Below, in pieces: positions 25,101-40,100 of a stretch of 64,000 bases of DNA. The position numbers and the translations under genes were made by a program. Each line of letters starts with the position of its first letter. Position 1 is the stretch's first letter. The stretch is from the NCBI GenBank assembly GCA_964016885.1, contig OZ024743.1, forward strand, positions 91,450,001 through 91,514,000. The letters run 5' to 3'. The notes beneath the pieces were generated by a model. That model saw only the letters and a list, made by a program, of their open reading frames with translations. It did not search any database and was not told the origin of the DNA. The DNA comes from Eledone cirrhosa. Lineage: Eukaryota.

Positions 25101-28100
25101 TTGTTGTGACTCCTACACAACCACTTTACAGTGTAGGCTGGGTGCTTTTTGTTGTGACTCATACATGACCACTTTACAGTGTGGACTGTGTGTTTTTTGT
25201 TGTGACTCCTACACAACCACTTTACAGTGTGGGCTGGGTGCTTTTTGTTGTGACTCCTACACAACCACTTTACAGTGTGGGCTGGGTGCTTTTTGTTGTG
25301 ACTCCTACACAACCATTTTACAGTGTGGACTGGTTGCTTTTTGTTGTGACTCCTACACAACCACTTTACAGTGTAGGCTGGGTGCTTTTTGTTGTGACTC
25401 ATACATGACCACTTTACAGTGTGGACTGAGTGTTTTTTGTTGTGACTCCTACACAACCACTTTACAGTGTGGGCTGGGTGCTTTTTGTTGTGACTCATAC
25501 ATGATCACTTTACAGTGTGGACTGGGTGCTTTTTGTTGTGACTCCTACACAACCACTTTACAGTGTGGGCTGGGTGCTTTTTGTTGTGACTCCTCCACAA
25601 CCACTATACAGTGTGGCCTGGGTGCTTTTTGTTGTGACCCCTACACAACCACTTTACAGTGTGGGCTGGGTGCTTTTTGTTGTGACTCCTACACAAACAC
25701 TTTACAGTGTGGGCTGGGTGCTTTTTGTTGTGACTCCTACATGACCACTTTACATTGTGGGCTGGGTGATTTTTGTTGTGACTCCTACATGACCACTTTA
25801 CAGTGTGGACTGGTTGCTTTTTGTTGTGACTCCTACACAACCACTTTACAGTGTGGGCTGGGTGCTTTTTGTTGTGACTCCTACACAACCACTTTACAGT
25901 GTGGGCTGGGTGCTTTTTGTTGTGACTCCTACATGACCACTTTACATTGTGGGCTGAGTGCTTTTTGTTGTGACTCATACATGACCACTTTACATTGTGG
26001 GCTGGGTGCTTTTTGTTGTGACTCCTACATGACCACTTTACAGTGTGGACTGGTTGCTTTTTGTTGTGACTCCTACACAACCACTTTACAGTGTGGGCTG
26101 GGTGCTTTTTGTTGTGACTCCTACATGACCACTTTACATTGTGGGCTGAGTGCTTTTTGTTGTGACTCCTACATGACCACTTTACAGTGTGGACTGGTTG
26201 CTTTTTGTTGTGACTCCTACACAACCACTTTACAGTGTGGGCTGGGTGTTTTTGTTGTGACTCATACATGTCTCACTTTACAGTGTGGACTGGGTGCTTT
26301 TTGTTGTGACTCCTACACAACCACTTTACAGTGTGGGCTGGGTGCTTTTTGTTGTGACTCCTACATGACCACTTTACATTGTGGGCTGAGTGCTTTTTGT
26401 TGTGACTCCTACATGACCACTTTACAGTGTGGACTGGTTGCTTTTTGTTGTGACTCCTACACAACCACTTTACAGTGTGGGCTGGGTGTTTTTGTTGTGA
26501 CTCATACATGTCTCACTTTACAGTGTGGACTGGGTGCTTTTTGTTGTGACTCCTACACAACCACTTTACAGTGTGGGCTGGGTGCTTTTTGTTGTGACTC
26601 CTCCACAACCACTATACAGTGTGGCCTGGGTGCTTTTTGTTGTGACACCTACACAACCACTTTACAGTGTGGACTGGTTGCTTTATGTTGTGACTCCTAC
26701 ACAACCACTTTACAGTGTGGGCTGGGTGCTTTTTGTTGTGACTCATACATGATCACTTTACAGTGTGGACTGGGTGCTTTTGTTGTGACTCCTACACAAC
26801 CACTTTACAGTGTGGGCTGGGTGCTTTTTGTTGTGACTCCTCCACAACCACTATACAGTGTGGCCTGGGTGCTTTTTGTTGTGACACCTACACAACCACT
26901 TTACAGTGAGGGCTGGGTGCTTTTTGTTGTGACTCATACATGATCACTTTACAGTGTGGACTGGGTGCTTTTTGTTGTGACTCCTACACAACCACTTTAC
27001 AGTGTGGGCTGGGTGCTTTTTGTTGTGACTCCTACACAACCACTATACAGTGTGGGCTGGGTGCTTTTTGTTGTGACACCTACACAACCACTTTACAGTG
27101 TGGGCTGGGTGCTTTTTGTTGTGACTCCTACACAACCACTTTACAGTGTGGGCTGGGTGCTTTTTGTTGTGACTCCTACACAACCACTTTACAGTGTGGG
27201 CTGGGTGCTTTTTGTTGTGACTCATACATGATCACTTTACAGTGTGGACTGGGTGCTTTTTGTTGTGACTCCTACACAACCACTTTACAGTGTGGGCTGG
27301 GTGCTTTTTGTTGTGACTCCTACACAACCACTATACAGTGTGGCCTGGGTGCTTTTTGTTGTGACACCTACACAACCACTTTACAGTGAGGGCTGGGTGC
27401 TTTTTGTTGTGACTCATACATGATCACTTTACAGTGTGGTCTGGGTGCTTTTTGTTGTGACTCCTACACAACCACTTTACAGTGTGGGCTGGGTGCTTTT
27501 TGTTGTAACTCCTCCACAACCACTTTTCAGTGTGGGCTGGGTATTTTTTGATGTGACTCCTACATGACCACTTTACAGTGTGGGCTGGGTGCTTTTTGTT
27601 GTGACTCATACATGACCACTTTACAGTGTGGGCTGGGTGCTTTTTGTTGTGACTCATACATGATCACTTTACGGTGTGGACTGGGTGCTTTTTGTTGTGA
27701 CTCCTACACAACCACTATACAGTGTGGTCTGGGTGCTTTTTGTTGTGACACCTACACAACCACTTTACAGTGTGGGCTGGGTGCTTTTTGTTGTGACTCC
27801 TACATGACCACTTTACAGTGTGGACTGGTTGCTTTTTGTTGTGACTCCTACACAACCACTTTACATTGTGGGCTGGGTGCTTTTTGTTGTGACTCCTACA
27901 CAACCACTTTACAGTGTGGGCTGGGTGCTTTTTGTTGTGACTCATACATGATCACTTTACAGTGTGGACTGGGTGCTTTTTGTTGTGACTCCTACACAAC
28001 CACTTTACAGTGTGGGCTGGGTGCTTTTTGTTGTGACTCCTCCACAACCACTATACAGTGTGGCCTGGGTGCTTTTTGTTGTGACACCTACACAACCACT

Positions 28101-31100
28101 TTACAGTGTGGGCTGGGTGCTTTTTGTTGTGACTCCTACATGACCACTTTACAGTGTGGACTGGTTGCTTTTGTTGTGACACCTACATGACCACTTTACA
28201 GTGTGCGTGGGTGCTTTTTGTTGTGACTCCTACACAACCACTTTACAGTGTGGGCTGGGTACTTTTTGTTGTGACTCCTACACAAACACTTTACAGTGTG
28301 GGCTGGGTGCTTTTTGTTGTGACTCCTACATGACCACTTTACATTGTGGGCTGGGTGCTTTGTGTTGTGACTCCTACACAACCACTTTACAGTGTGGGCT
28401 GGGTGCTTTTTGTTGTGACTCATACATGATCACTTTACAGTGTGGACTGGGTGCTTTTTGTTGTGACTCCTACACAACCACTTTACAGTGTGGGCTGGGT
28501 GCTTTTTGTTGTGACTCATACATGATCACTTTACAGTGTGGGCTGGGTGCTTTTTGTTGTGACTCCTACACAACCACTTTACAGTGTGGGCTGGGTGCTT
28601 TTTGTTGTGACTCCTACATGACCACTTTACATTGTGGGCTGGGTGCTTTGTGTTGTGACTCCTACACAACCACTTTACAGTGTGGGCTGGGTGCTTTTTG
28701 TTGTGACTCATACATGATCACTTTACAGTGTGGACTGGGTGCTTTTTGTTGTGACTCCTACACAACCACTTTACAGTGTGGGCTGGGTGCTTTTTGTTGT
28801 GACTCATACACAAGCACTTTACAGTGTGGGCTGGGTGCTTTTTGTTGTGACTCCTACATGACCACTTTACATTGTGGGCTGGGTGCTTTTTGTTGTGACT
28901 CCTACACAACCACTTTACAGTGTGGGCTTGGTGCTTTTTGTTGTGACTCCTACACAACCACTTTACAGTGTGGGCTGGGTGCTTTTTGTTGTGACTCATA
29001 CATGATCACTTTACAGTGTGGGCTGGGTGCTTTTTGTTGTGACTCCTACACAACCACTTTACAGTGTGGGCTGGGTCCTTTTTGTTGTGACTCCTCCACA
29101 ACCACTATACAGTGTGGCCTGGGTGCTTTTTGTTGTGACACCTACACAACCACTTTACAGTGTGGGCTGGGTGCTTTTTGTTGTGACTCCTACACAACCA
29201 CTTTACAGTGTGGGCTGGGTGATTTTTGTTGTGACTCATACATGATCACTTTACAGTGTGGACTGGGTGCTTTTTGTTGTGACTCCTACACAACCACTTT
29301 ACAGTGTGGGCTGGGTGCTTTTTGTTGTGACTCCTCCACAACCACTATACAGTGTGGCCTGGGTGCTTTTTGTTGTGACACCTACACAACCACTTTACAG
29401 TGAGGGCTTTGTGCTTTTTGTTGTGACTCCTACATGATCACTTTACAGTGTGGACTGGTTGCTTTTGTTGTGACACCTACATGACCACTTTACAGTGTGG
29501 GTGGGTGCTTTTTGTTGTGACTCCTACACAACCACTTTACAGTGTGGGCTGGGTGCTTTTTGTTGTGACTCCTACACAAACACTTTACAGTGTGGGCTGG
29601 GTGCTTTTTGTTGTGACTCATACACAAACACTTTACAGTGTGGGCTGGGTGCTTTTTATTGTGACTCCTACATGACCACTTTACATTGTGGGCTGGGTGC
29701 TTTTTGTTGTGACTCCTACACAACCACTTTACAGTGTGGGCTGGGTGCTTTTTGTTGTGACTCATACATGATCACTTTACAGTGTGGACTGGGTGCTTTT
29801 TGTTGTGACTCCTACACAACCACTTTACAGTGTGGGCTGGGTGCTTTTTGTTGTGACTCATACATGATCACTTTACAGTGTGGGCTGGGTGCTTTTTGTT
29901 GTGACTCCTACACAACCACTTTACAGTGTGGGCTGGGTGCTTTTTGTTGTGACTCCTACATGACCACTTTACATTGTGGGCTGGGTGCTTTTTGTTGTGA
30001 CTCCTACAAAACCACTTTACAGTGTGGGCTTGGTGCTTTTTGTTGTGACTCCTACATGACCACTTTACAGTGTGGGCTGGGTGCTTTTTGTTGTGACTCC
30101 TACACAACCACTTTACAGTGTGGGCTGGGTGCTTTTTGTTGTGACTCATACATGATCACTTTACAGTGTGGGCTGGGTGCTTTTTGTTGTGACTCCTACA
30201 CAAGCACTTTACAATGTGGGCTGGGTGCTTTTTGTTGTGACTCCTACATGACCACTTTACATTGTGGGCTGGGTGCTTTTTGTTGTGACTCCTACACAAC
30301 CACTTTACAGTGTGGGCTGGGTGCTTTTTGTTGTGACTCCTACATGACCACTTTACAGTGTGGGCTGGGTGCTTTTTGTTGTGACTCATACACAACCACT
30401 TTACAATGTGGGCTTGGTGCTTTTTGTTGTGACTCCTACACAACCACTTTACAGTGTGGGCTGGGTGCTTTTTGTTGTGACTCATACATGATCACTTTAC
30501 AGTGTGGGCTGGGTGCTTTTTGTTGTGACTCCTACACAACCACTTTACAATGTGGGCTTGGTGCTTTTTGTTGTGACTCCTACACAACCACTTTACAATG
30601 TGGGCTTGGTGCTTTTTGTTGTGACTCCTACACAACCACTTTACAGTGTGGGCTGGGTGCTTTTTGTTGTGACTCATACATGATCACTTTACAGTGTGGA
30701 CTGGGTGCTTTTTGTTGTGACTCCTACACAACCACTTTACAGTGTGGGCTGGGTGCTTTTTGTTGTGACTCATACATGATCACTTTACAGTGTGGGCTGG
30801 GTGCTTTTTGTTGTGACTCCTACACAAGCACTTTACAATGTGGGCTGGGTGCTTTTTGTTGTGACTCCTACATGACCACTTTACATTGTGGGCTGGGTGC
30901 TTTTTGTTGTGACTCCTACACAACCACTTTACAGTGTGGGCTTGGTGCTTTTTGTTGTGACTCCTATATGACCACTTTACAGTCTGGGCTGGGTGCTTTT
31001 TGTTGTGACTCCTACATGACCACTTTACATTGTGGGCTGGGTGCTTTTTGTTGTGACTCCTACACAACCACTTTACAGTGTGGGCTGGGTGCTTTTTGTT

Positions 31101-34100
31101 GTGACTCATACATGATCACTTTACAGTGTGGACTGGGTGCTTTTTGTTGTGACTCCTACACAACCACTTTACAGTGTGGGCTGGGTGCTTTTTGTTGTGA
31201 CTCCTCCACAACCACTATACAGTGTGGCCTGGGTGCTTTTTGTTGTGACACCTACACAACCACTTTACAGTGTGGGCTGGGTGCTTTTTGTTGTGACTCC
31301 TACACGACCACTTTACAGTGTGGGCTGGGTGCTTTTTGTTGTGACTCCTACATGACCACTTTACATTGTGGGCTCGGTGCTTTTTGTTGTGACTCCTACA
31401 TGACCACTTTACAGTGTGGACTGGTTGCTTTTTGTTGTGACTCCTACACAACCACTTTACAGTGTGGGCTGGGTGCTTTTTGTTGTGACTCCTACACAAC
31501 CACTTTACAGTGTGGGCTGGGTGCTTTTTGTTGTGACTCCTACATGACCACTTTACATTGTGGACTGGGTGCTTTTTGTTGTGACTCCTACACAACCACT
31601 TTACAGTGTGGGCTGGGTGCTTTTTGTTGTGGCTCATACATGATCACTTTACAGTGTGGACTGGGTGCTTTTTGTTGTGACTCCTACACAACCACTTTAC
31701 AGTGTGGGCTGGGTGCTTTTTGTTGTGACTCATACATAAATCACTTTACAGTGTGGACTGGGGGCTTTTTGTTGTGACTCCTACACAACCACTTTACAGT
31801 GTGGGCTGGGTGCTTTTTGTTGTGACTCCTACATGACCACTTTACATTGTGGGCTGAGTGCTTTTTATTGTGACTCCTACATGACCACTTTACAGAGTGG
31901 ACTGGTTGCTTTTTGTTGTGACTCCTACACAACCACTTTACAGTGTGGGCTGGGTGCTTTTTGTTGTGACTCCTACACAACCACTTTACAGTGTGGGCTG
32001 GGTGCTTTTTGTTGTGACTCCTACATGACCACTTTATATTGTGGGCTGGGTGCTTTTTGTTGTGACTCCTACACAACCACTTTACAGTGTAGGCTGGGTG
32101 CTTTTTGTTGTGACTCATACATGACCACTTTACAGTGTGGACTGAGTGTTTTTTGTTGTGACTCCTACACAACCACTTTACAGTGTGGGCTGGGTGCTTT
32201 TTGTTGTGACTCCTATATGACCACTTTACAGTCTGGGCTGGGTGCTTTTTGTTGTGACTCCTACATGACCACTTTACATTGTGGGCTGGGTGCTTTTTGT
32301 TGTGACTCCTACACAACCACTTTACAGTGTGGGCTGGGTGCTTTTTGTTGTGACTCATACATGATCACTTTACAGTGTGGACTGGGTGCTTTTTGTTGTG
32401 ACTCCTACACAACCACTTTACAGTGTGGGCTGGGTGCTTTTTGTTGTGACTCCTCCACAACCACTATACAGTGTGGCCTGGGTGCTTTTTGTTGTGACAC
32501 CTACACAACCACTTTACAGTGTGGGCTGGGTGCTTTTTGTTGTGACTCCTACACGACCACTTTACAGTGTGGGCTGGGTGCTTTTTGTTGTGACTCCTAT
32601 ATGACCACTTTACAGTCTGGGCTGGGTGCTTTTTGTTGTGACTCCTACATGACCACTTTACATTGTGGGCTGGGTGCTTTTTGTTGTGACTCCTACACAA
32701 CCACTTTACAGTGTGGGCTGGGTGCTTTTTGTTGTGACTCATACATGATCACTTTACAGTGTGGACTGGGTGCTTTTTGTTGTGACTCCTACACAACCAC
32801 TTTACAGTGTGGGCTGGGTGCTTTTTGTTGTGACTCCTACACAACCACTTTACAGTGTGGGCTGGGTGCTTTTTGTTGTGACTCCTACATGACCACTTTA
32901 TATTGTGGGCTGGGTGCTTTTTGTTGTGACTCCTACACAACCACTTTACAGTGTGGGCTGGGTGCTTTTTGTTGTGGCTCATACATGATCACTTTACAGT
33001 GTGGACTGGGTGCTTTTTGTTGTGACTCCTACACAACCACTTTACAGTGTGGGCTGGGTGCTTTTTGTTGTGACTCATACATAAATCACTTTACAGTGTG
33101 GACTGGGTGCTTTTTGTTGTGACTCCTACACAACCACTTTACAGTGTGGGCTGGGTGCTTTTTGTTGTGACTCCTACACAAACACTTTACAGTGTGGACT
33201 GGGTGCTTTTTGTTGTGACTCCTACACAACCACTTTTCAGTGTGGGCTGGGTATTTTGATGTGACTCCTACATGACCACTTTACAGTGTGGGCTGGTTGC
33301 TTTTTGTTGTGACTCCTACACAACCACTTTACAGTGTGGGCTGGGTGCTTCTGTTGTGACTCCTACATGACCACTTTACATTGTGGGCTGGGTGCTTTTT
33401 GTTGTGACTCCTACACAACCACTTTACAGTGTGGGCTTGGTGCTTTTTGTTGTGACTCCTACACAACCACTTTACAGTGTGGGCTGGGTGCTTTTTGTTG
33501 TGACTCCTACACAACCACTTTACAGTGTGGGCTGTGTGCTTTTTGTTGTGACTCCTACACAACCACTTTACAGTGTGGACTGGTTGCTTTTTGTTGTGAC
33601 TCCTACACAACCACTTTTCAGTGTGGGCTGGGTATTTTGATGTGACTCCTACATGACCACTTTACAGTGTGGGTGGGTGCTTTTTGTTGTGACTCCTACA
33701 AAACCACTTTACAGTGTGGGCTGGGTGCTTTTTGTTGTGACTCATACATGACCACTTTACAGTGTGGGTTGGGTGCTTTTTGTTGTGACTCCTACACAAC
33801 CACTATACAGTGTGGGCTGGGTGCTTTTTGTTGTGACTCCTACACAACCACTATACAGTGTGGCCTGGGTGCTTTTTGTTGTGACTCCTACACAACCACT
33901 TTACAGTAGTGGGCTGGGTGCTTTTTGTTGTGACTCCTACATGACCACTTTACAGTGAGGACTGGTTGCTTTTTGTTGTGACTCCTACACAACCACTTTA
34001 CAGTGTGGGCTGGGTGCTTTTTGTTGTGACTCCTACACAACCACTTTACAGTGTGGGCTGGGTGCTTTTCGTTGTGACTCATACATGATCACTTTTCAGT

Positions 34101-37100
34101 GTGGGCTGGGTGCTTTTTGTTGTGACTCCTAAACAACCACTTTACAGTGTGGGCTGGGTGCTTTTTGTTGTGACTCCTCCACAACCACTATACAGTGTGG
34201 CCTGGGTGCTTTTTGTTGTGACACCTACACAACCACTTTACGGTGTGGGCTGGGTGCTTTTTGTTGTGACTCCTACATGACCACTTTACAGTGTGGACTG
34301 GTTGCTTTTTGTTGTGACTCCTACACAACCACTTTACAGTGTAGGCTGGGTGCTTTTTGTTGTGACTCATACATGACCACTTTACAGTGTGGGCTGGGTG
34401 CTTTTTGTTGTGACTCCTACACAACCATTTTACAGTGTGGACTGGTTGCTTTTTGTTGTGACTCCTACACAACCACTTTACAGTGTAGGCTGGGTGCTTT
34501 TTGTTGTGACTCATACATGACCACTTTACAGTGTGGACTGAGTGTTTTTTGTTGTGACTCCTACACAACCACTTTACAGTGTGGGCTCGGTGCTTTTTGT
34601 TGTGACTCCTATATGACCACTTTACAGTCTGGGCTGGGTGCTTTTTGTTGTGATTCCTACATGACCACTTTACAGTGTGGACTGAGTGTTTTTTGTTGTG
34701 ACTCCTACACAACCACTTTACAGTGTGGGCTGGGTGCTTTTTGTTGTGACTCCTATATGACCACTTTACAGTCTGGGCTGGGTGCTTTTTGTTGTGACTC
34801 CTACATGACCACTTTACATTGTGGGCTGGGTGCTTTTTGTTGTGACTCCTACACAACCACTATACAGTGTGGCCTGGGTGCTTTTTGTTGTGACACCTAC
34901 ACAACCACTTTACAGTAGTGGGCTGGGTGCTTTTTGTTGTGACTCCTACATGACCACTTTACAGTGTGGGCTGGGTGCTTTTTGTTGTGACTCCTACACA
35001 ACCACTTTACAGTGTGGGCTGGGTGCTTTTTGTTGTGACTCATACATGATCACTTTTCAGTGTGGACTGGGTGCTTTTTGTTGTGACTCCTAAACAACCA
35101 CTTTACAGTGTGGGCTGGGTGCTTTTTGTTGTGACTCCTCCACAACCACTATACAGTGTGGCCTGGGTGCTTTTTGTTGTGACTCCTACACAACCACTTT
35201 ACGGTGTGGGCTGGGTGCTTTTTGTTGTGACTCCTACATGACCACTTTACAGTGTGGACTGGTTGCTTTTTGTTGTGACTCCTACACAACCACTTTACAG
35301 TGTAGGCTGGGTGCTTTTTGTTGTGACTCATACATGACCACTTTACAGTGTGGACTGTGTGTTTTTTGTTGTGACTCCTACACAACCACTTTACAGTGTG
35401 GGCTGGGTGCTTTTTGTTGTGACTCCTACACAACCACTTTACAGTGTGGGCTGGGTGCTTTTTGTTGTGACTCCTACACAACCATTTTACAGTGTGGACT
35501 GGTTGCTTTTTGTTGTGACTCCTACACAACCACTTTACAGTGTAGGCTGGGTGCTTTTTGTTGTGACTCATACATGACCACTTTACAGTGTGGACTGAGT
35601 GTTTTTTGTTGTGACTCCTACACAACCACTTTACAGTGTGGGCTGGGTGCTTTTTGTTGTGACTCATACATGATCACTTTACAGTGTGGACTGGGTGCTT
35701 TTTGTTGTGACTCCTACACAACCACTTTACAGTGTGGGCTGGGTGCTTTTTGTTGTGACTCCTCCACAACCACTATACAGTGTGGCCTGGGTGCTTTTTG
35801 TTGTGACCCCTACACAACCACTTTACAGTGTGGGCTGGGTGCTTTTTGTTGTGACTCCTACACAAACACTTTACAGTGTGGGCTGGGTGCTTTTTGTTGT
35901 GACTCCTACATGACCACTTTACATTGTGGGCTGGGTGATTTTTGTTGTGACTCCTACATGACCACTTTACAGTGTGGACTGGTTGCTTTTTGTTGTGACT
36001 CCTACACAACCACTTTACAGTGTGGGCTGGGTGCTTTTTGTTGTGACTCCTACACAACCACTTTACAGTGTGGGCTGGGTGCTTTTTGTTGTGACTCCTA
36101 CATGACCACTTTACATTGTGGGCTGAGTGCTTTTTGTTGTGACTCATACATGACCACTTTACATTGTGGGCTGGGTGCTTTTTGTTGTGACTCCTACATG
36201 ACCACTTTACAGTGTGGACTGGTTGCTTTTTGTTGTGACTCCTACACAACCACTTTACAGTGTGGGCTGGGTGCTTTTTGTTGTGACTCCTACATGACCA
36301 CTTTACATTGTGGGCTGAGTGCTTTTTGTTGTGACTCCTACATGACCACTTTACAGTGTGGACTGGTTGCTTTTTGTTGTGACTCCTACACAACCACTTT
36401 ACAGTGTGGGCTGGGTGTTTTTGTTGTGACTCATACATGTCTCACTTTACAGTGTGGACTGGGTGCTTTTTGTTGTGACTCCTACACAACCACTTTACAG
36501 TGTGGGCTGGGTGCTTTTTGTTGTGACTCCTACATGACCACTTTACATTGTGGGCTGAGTGCTTTTTGTTGTGACTCCTACATGACCACTTTACAGTGTG
36601 GACTGGTTGCTTTTTGTTGTGACTCCTACACAACCACTTTACAGTGTGGGCTGGGTGTTTTTGTTGTGACTCATACATGTCTCACTTTACAGTGTGGACT
36701 GGGTGCTTTTTGTTGTGACTCCTACACAACCACTTTACAGTGTGGGCTGGGTGCTTTTTGTTGTGACTCCTCCACAACCACTATACAGTGTGGCCTGGGT
36801 GCTTTTTGTTGTGACACCTACACAACCACTTTACAGTGTGGACTGGTTGCTTTATGTTGTGACTCCTACACAACCACTTTACAGTGTGGGCTGGGTGCTT
36901 TTTGTTGTGACTCATACATGATCACTTTACAGTGTGGACTGGGTGCTTTTGTTGTGACTCCTACACAACCACTTTACAGTGTGGGCTGGGTGCTTTTTGT
37001 TGTGACTCCTCCACAACCACTATACAGTGTGGCCTGGGTGCTTTTTGTTGTGACACCTACACAACCACTTTACAGTGAGGGCTGGGTGCTTTTTGTTGTG

Positions 37101-40100
37101 ACTCATACATGATCACTTTACAGTGTGGACTGGGTGCTTTTTGTTGTGACTCCTACACAACCACTTTACAGTGTGGGCTGGGTGCTTTTTGTTGTGACTC
37201 CTACACAACCACTATACAGTGTGGGCTGGGTGCTTTTTGTTGTGACACCTACACAACCACTTTACAGTGTGGGCTGGGTGCTTTTTGTTGTGACTCCTAC
37301 ACAACCACTTTACAGTGTGGGCTGGGTGCTTTTTGTTGTGACTCCTACACAACCACTTTACAGTGTGGGCTGGGTGCTTTTTGTTGTGACTCATACATGA
37401 TCACTTTACAGTGTGGACTGGGTGCTTTTTGTTGTGACTCCTACACAACCACTTTACAGTGTGGGCTGGGTGCTTTTTGTTGTGACTCCTACACAACCAC
37501 TATACAGTGTGGCCTGGGTGCTTTTTGTTGTGACACCTACACAACCACTTTACAGTGAGGGCTGGGTGCTTTTTGTTGTGACTCATACATGATCACTTTA
37601 CAGTGTGGTCTGGGTGCTTTTTGTTGTGACTCCTACACAACCACTTTACAGTGTGGGCTGGGTGCTTTTTGTTGTAACTCCTCCACAACCACTTTTCAGT
37701 GTGGGCTGGGTATTTTTTGATGTGACTCCTACATGACCACTTTACAGTGTGGGCTGGGTGCTTTTTGTTGTGACTCATACATGACCACTTTACAGTGTGG
37801 GCTGGGTGCTTTTTGTTGTGACTCATACATGATCACTTTACGGTGTGGACTGGGTGCTTTTTGTTGTGACTCCTACACAACCACTATACAGTGTGGTCTG
37901 GGTGCTTTTTGTTGTGACACCTACACAACCACTTTACAGTGTGGGCTGGGTGCTTTTTGTTGTGACTCCTACATGACCACTTTACAGTGTGGACTGGTTG
38001 CTTTTTGTTGTGACTCCTACACAACCACTTTACATTGTGGGCTGGGTGCTTTTTGTTGTGACTCCTACACAACCACTTTACAGTGTGGGCTGGGTGCTTT
38101 TTGTTGTGACTCATACATGATCACTTTACAGTGTGGACTGGGTGCTTTTTGTTGTGACTCCTACACAACCACTTTACAGTGTGGGCTGGGTGCTTTTTGT
38201 TGTGACTCCTCCACAACCACTATACAGTGTGGCCTGGGTGCTTTTTGTTGTGACACCTACACAACCACTTTACAGTGTGGGCTGGGTGCTTTTTGTTGTG
38301 ACTCCTACATGACCACTTTACAGTGTGGACTGGTTGCTTTTGTTGTGACACCTACATGACCACTTTACAGTGTGCGTGGGTGCTTTTTGTTGTGACTCCT
38401 ACACAACCACTTTACAGTGTGGGCTGGGTACTTTTTGTTGTGACTCCTACACAAACACTTTACAGTGTGGGCTGGGTGCTTTTTGTTGTGACTCCTACAT
38501 GACCACTTTACATTGTGGGCTGGGTGCTTTGTGTTGTGACTCCTACACAACCACTTTACAGTGTGGGCTGGGTGCTTTTTGTTGTGACTCATACATGATC
38601 ACTTTACAGTGTGGACTGGGTGCTTTTTGTTGTGACTCCTACACAACCACTTTACAGTGTGGGCTGGGTGCTTTTTGTTGTGACTCATACATGATCACTT
38701 TACAGTGTGGGCTGGGTGCTTTTTGTTGTGACTCCTACACAACCACTTTACAGTGTGGGCTGGGTGCTTTTTGTTGTGACTCCTACATGACCACTTTACA
38801 TTGTGGGCTGGGTGCTTTGTGTTGTGACTCCTACACAACCACTTTACAGTGTGGGCTGGGTGCTTTTTGTTGTGACTCATACATGATCACTTTACAGTGT
38901 GGACTGGGTGCTTTTTGTTGTGACTCCTACACAACCACTTTACAGTGTGGGCTGGGTGCTTTTTGTTGTGACTCATACACAAGCACTTTACAGTGTGGGC
39001 TGGGTGCGTTTTGTTGTGACTCCTACATGACCACTTTACATTGTGGGCTGGGTGCTTTTTGTTGTGACTCCTACACAACCACTTTACAGTGTGGGCTTGG
39101 TGCTTTTTGTTGTGACTCCTACACAACCACTTTACAGTGTGGGCTGGGTGCTTTTTGTTGTGACTCATACATGATCACTTTACAGTGTGGGCTGGGTGCT
39201 TTTTGTTGTGACTCCTACACAACCACTTTACAGTGTGGGCTGGGTCCTTTTTGTTGTGACTCCTCCACAACCACTATACAGTGTGGCCTGGGTGCTTTTT
39301 GTTGTGACACCTACACAACCACTTTACAGTGTGGGCTGGGTGCTTTTTGTTGTGACTCCTACACAACCACTTTACAGTGTGGGCTGGGTGCTTTTTGTTG
39401 TGACTCATACATGATCACTTTACAGTGTGGACTGGGTGCTTTTTGTTGTGACTCCTACACAACCACTTTACAGTGTGGGCTGGGTGCTTTTTGTTGTGAC
39501 TCCTCCACAACCACTATACAGTGTGGCCTGGGTGCTTTTTGTTGTGACACCTACACAACCACTTTACAGTGAGGGCTTTGTGCTTTTTGTTGTGACTCCT
39601 ACATGATCACTTTACAGTGTGGACTGGTTGCTTTTGTTGTGACACCTACATGACCACTTTACAGTGTGGGTGGGTGCTTTTTGTTGTGACTCCTACACAA
39701 CCACTTTACAGTGTGGGCTGGGTGCTTTTTGTTGTGACTCCTACACAAACACTTTACAGTGTGGGCTGGGTGCTTTTTGTTGTGACTCCTACACAAACAC
39801 TTTACAGTGTGGGCTGGGTGCTTTTTATTGTGACTCCTACATGACCACTTTACATTGTGGGCTGGGTGCTTTTTGTTGTGACTCCTACACAACCACTTTA
39901 CAGTGTGGGCTGGGTGCTTTTTGTTGTGACTCATACATGATCACTTTACAGTGTGGACTGGGTGCTTTTTGTTGTGACTCCTACACAACCACTTTACAGT
40001 GTGGGCTGGGTGCTTTTTGTTGTGACTCATACATGATCACTTTACAGTGTGGGCTGGGTGCTTTTTGTTGTGACTCCTACACAACCACTTTACAGTGTGG